Shown here: positions 44,601-45,349 of the stretch, piece by piece
Position numbering within the stretch: the stretch's first letter is position 1
How the letters are laid out: each line of letters opens with the position of its first letter
The notes under the pieces: model-generated
What the model was told of the DNA's origin: nothing
The model's database searches: none
What the model saw: the letters and a program-made list of their open reading frames with translations, nothing else
Made by a program: the position numbers and the translations under genes
From: Candidatus Krumholzibacteriota bacterium
GTDB lineage: Bacteria > Krumholzibacteriota > Krumholzibacteriia > LZORAL124-64-63
Assembly (NCBI GenBank): GCA_039714075.1
Contig: JBDLKA010000021.1
Coordinates: forward strand, 1-45,349
DNA: 45,349 bases
Direction of reading: 5' to 3'

Positions 44601-45349
44601 CCCCGGTCTGCAGGCCGGCAATCCCCGAAAAGTCGGTTCCGCCCACGGGTGTCGGCGTCCAGGAGCCCCCTTTGGGATCGGGCGGGGCGGCGAACCAGGT
44701 CACGCCTTGTATGCCGGCCGATGAGCCCAGCACGGCATCCAGGCGTCCGTCCCGGTTCAGATCCTGCAACAGGGCCCGGTTCTCGGTGGGCCAGTCCACG
44801 GCCAGGGTGTGATCGGGCCAGGGCGTAACCAGCAGGTCGCCGGGATTCTCCAGCCAACCGTTGCCCCACAAAAGATCGGGATCCCCGTCGCGGTCGATGT
44901 CGCCGGTCGCCAGGCCGGAACGGGAACCGGGGGCCAGTCCCAGTCCCACCAGGGTCCAGGGATCGGCGGGGTTTGTCGGTGCGAGCAGGGAACAGGCTTC
45001 CAGGTCGGCGCACAGCACGAACAGATCGATGCGGCCGTCCCGGTTCAGGTCGTCGGCCAGGATCTCGGTCGGCGTCCCCGGCAATCCCGTCTGGATGGAG
45101 TGCTCGGGCCAATCCGGCAACGTGGGATCGCCGGTGTTTTCCAGCCACACCACGGTGGGTGTACCGGACGTGCGCTCGACGGCAAGGTCCAGGTCGCCGT
45201 CCCCGTCCAGGTCGCACCAGGCGCCCGGGCCGAAGTTGCCCGGGTTGATGGCGAAACGCTGCCAGAAGGGCCCCTTGTACCAGTGCATCTGATAGAGGGT
45301 GTCCTGGCCGGCGCTGCCGGGCAACCACAGATCGGGCCACGAATCACCG
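41698..45349 (-). CDS. Large secreted FG-GAP/VCBS-repeat protein with Fn3-associated, Ig-like, LamG and FlgD-Ig C-terminal domains (5'-truncated)
   Basis: More than 10 D(L/I/F)D.DGD.D repeats, IRFTLDGSAPT..S.LY, LamG-like (ALYEFDEG.G, ITIETW, ARIV, HVAYT, IFIDG, VYDRALS) and PNPFNP...WDGRD..G..VSAGVYFY...KMLLLK. Frame is open to the window end. Confidence 0.88.
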   Translation of the reverse strand, partial: GDSWPDLWLPGSAGQDTLYQMHWYKGPFWQRFAINPGNFGPGAWCDLDGDGDLDLAVERTSGTPTVVWLENTGDPTLPDWPEHSIQTGLPGTPTEILADDLNRDGRIDLFVLCADLEACSLLAPTNPADPWTLVGLGLAPGSRSGLATGDIDRDGDPDLLWGNGWLENPGDLLVTPWPDHTLAVDWPTENRALLQDLNRDGRLDAVLGSSAGIQGVTWFAAPPDPKGGSWTPTPVGGTDFSGIAGLQTGDFDADGDVDIFACEDRAGEDPDKIVIFENSGGTGSVWLEIPGPATGSHRAKVADLDGDGDLDIAGKNHDGAGGALKLELWTNDLDPKLELDQWQRHVIDPARPWRAVFIDIADIDRDGFEDVVNGAWWYRNPGVPGGSWGRFDLGLPLRNMAAVSDFDRDGDFDILGTQGIPWDHNSQFTWARNDGSGNFTVLENIPDGSGSFLQGTTTAVFNVDRNLTFNPGEVALSWENGGGGIQMLTIPEDPSAGPWSWRIISPTTQFEGIHQGDIDRDGDRDLLLGNIWLRNDNPDWTTFTIENTTEEPDRVLLVDLSRDGRLDALVGFEEWPDELVWYEQPADPTGPWPRHDIATLYGPMSIDVADLDKDGDLDIVVGEHNLPDPGASSAFVYENISDGIIWQPHLIHTGDEHHMGTQLLDADNDGDLDIASFGWDHAEVVLYENLATPGGAGQPLSPAVTMDPPGGQFSCPVEVALGTEGAAGIRFTLDGSAPTESSPLYTVPVPMDTLTVLRARAFASGFQPGPVAEGLYSFLPDPIPPRLYHVESAGVPDRLIVQFTEPVDSLTVADAANYLLGPAGEVLQAVPGTDPTVVELTVSGLTEGSDYSLATAGILDLACPPNDMAPDQLAYFKYLPWIRTNEGVVALYEFDEGEGSVVHDRSGVEPPLDLTIADSNSVVWSDGRLDVVAETIIQSAGAAGKINSDCRSAGEITIETWLTFTDLSLNGPARIVTVSGDQYTRNFTLGQGVYGQAGDQIDARLTLSTTSTNGQPSLASGAGTLAADLTHVAYTRDSGGTARIFIDGQLVNETLLEGVMSNWVTTYPLALANEVGSPGGRFWLGGFHLVAVYDRALSPEVVFRNYSAGAPVSAVSPAGPPAAIPFALHHNVPNPFNPLTRITFDLAAPQSVDLAVFDVAGRLVRQLLIDAPHTAGRHSRMWDGRDNLGRTVSAGVYFYRIAAGPHLATKKMLLLK

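Overview
High-GC bacterial chromosomal window, gene-dense, with no rRNA, tRNA, CRISPR array or transposase recognised. Secreted proteins ending in FlgD-Ig/T9SS-like 'PNPFNP...KMxLxK' tails, a C-terminal 'WGxVKxLY' motif and a DUF4159/DUF4175-type operon suggest an FCB-group organism such as Ca. Krumholzibacteria/Latescibacteria (inference). In order, the window holds: (1) a translationally coupled envelope operon (giant NtrY-like sensor kinase, DUF4159, DUF4175-like coiled-coil protein, TPR protein, GATase-like secreted protein); (2) an AftB-like GT-C glycosyltransferase, a small Cys-rich protein and a CPBP protease; (3) HAD hydrolase, nnr and tsaD; (4) a five-gene c-di-GMP/phosphorelay cassette (REC-GGDEF plus two tandem units of HisKA-HATPase-GAF-HD-GYP hybrid and single REC), with both HD-GYP domains degenerate; (5) a 160-bp fully fold-back MITE-like element at a stop codon; (6) priA, a papain-family/beta-helix secreted protease and aroB; (7) a four-subunit por operon with terminator; (8) outer-membrane and secreted proteins, rlmG, and a large FG-GAP/LamG protein truncated at the edge. 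The best candidate for an undescribed system is the kinase/degenerate HD-GYP cassette at 18864-25800. All calls rest on motif recognition by eye, not database searches.
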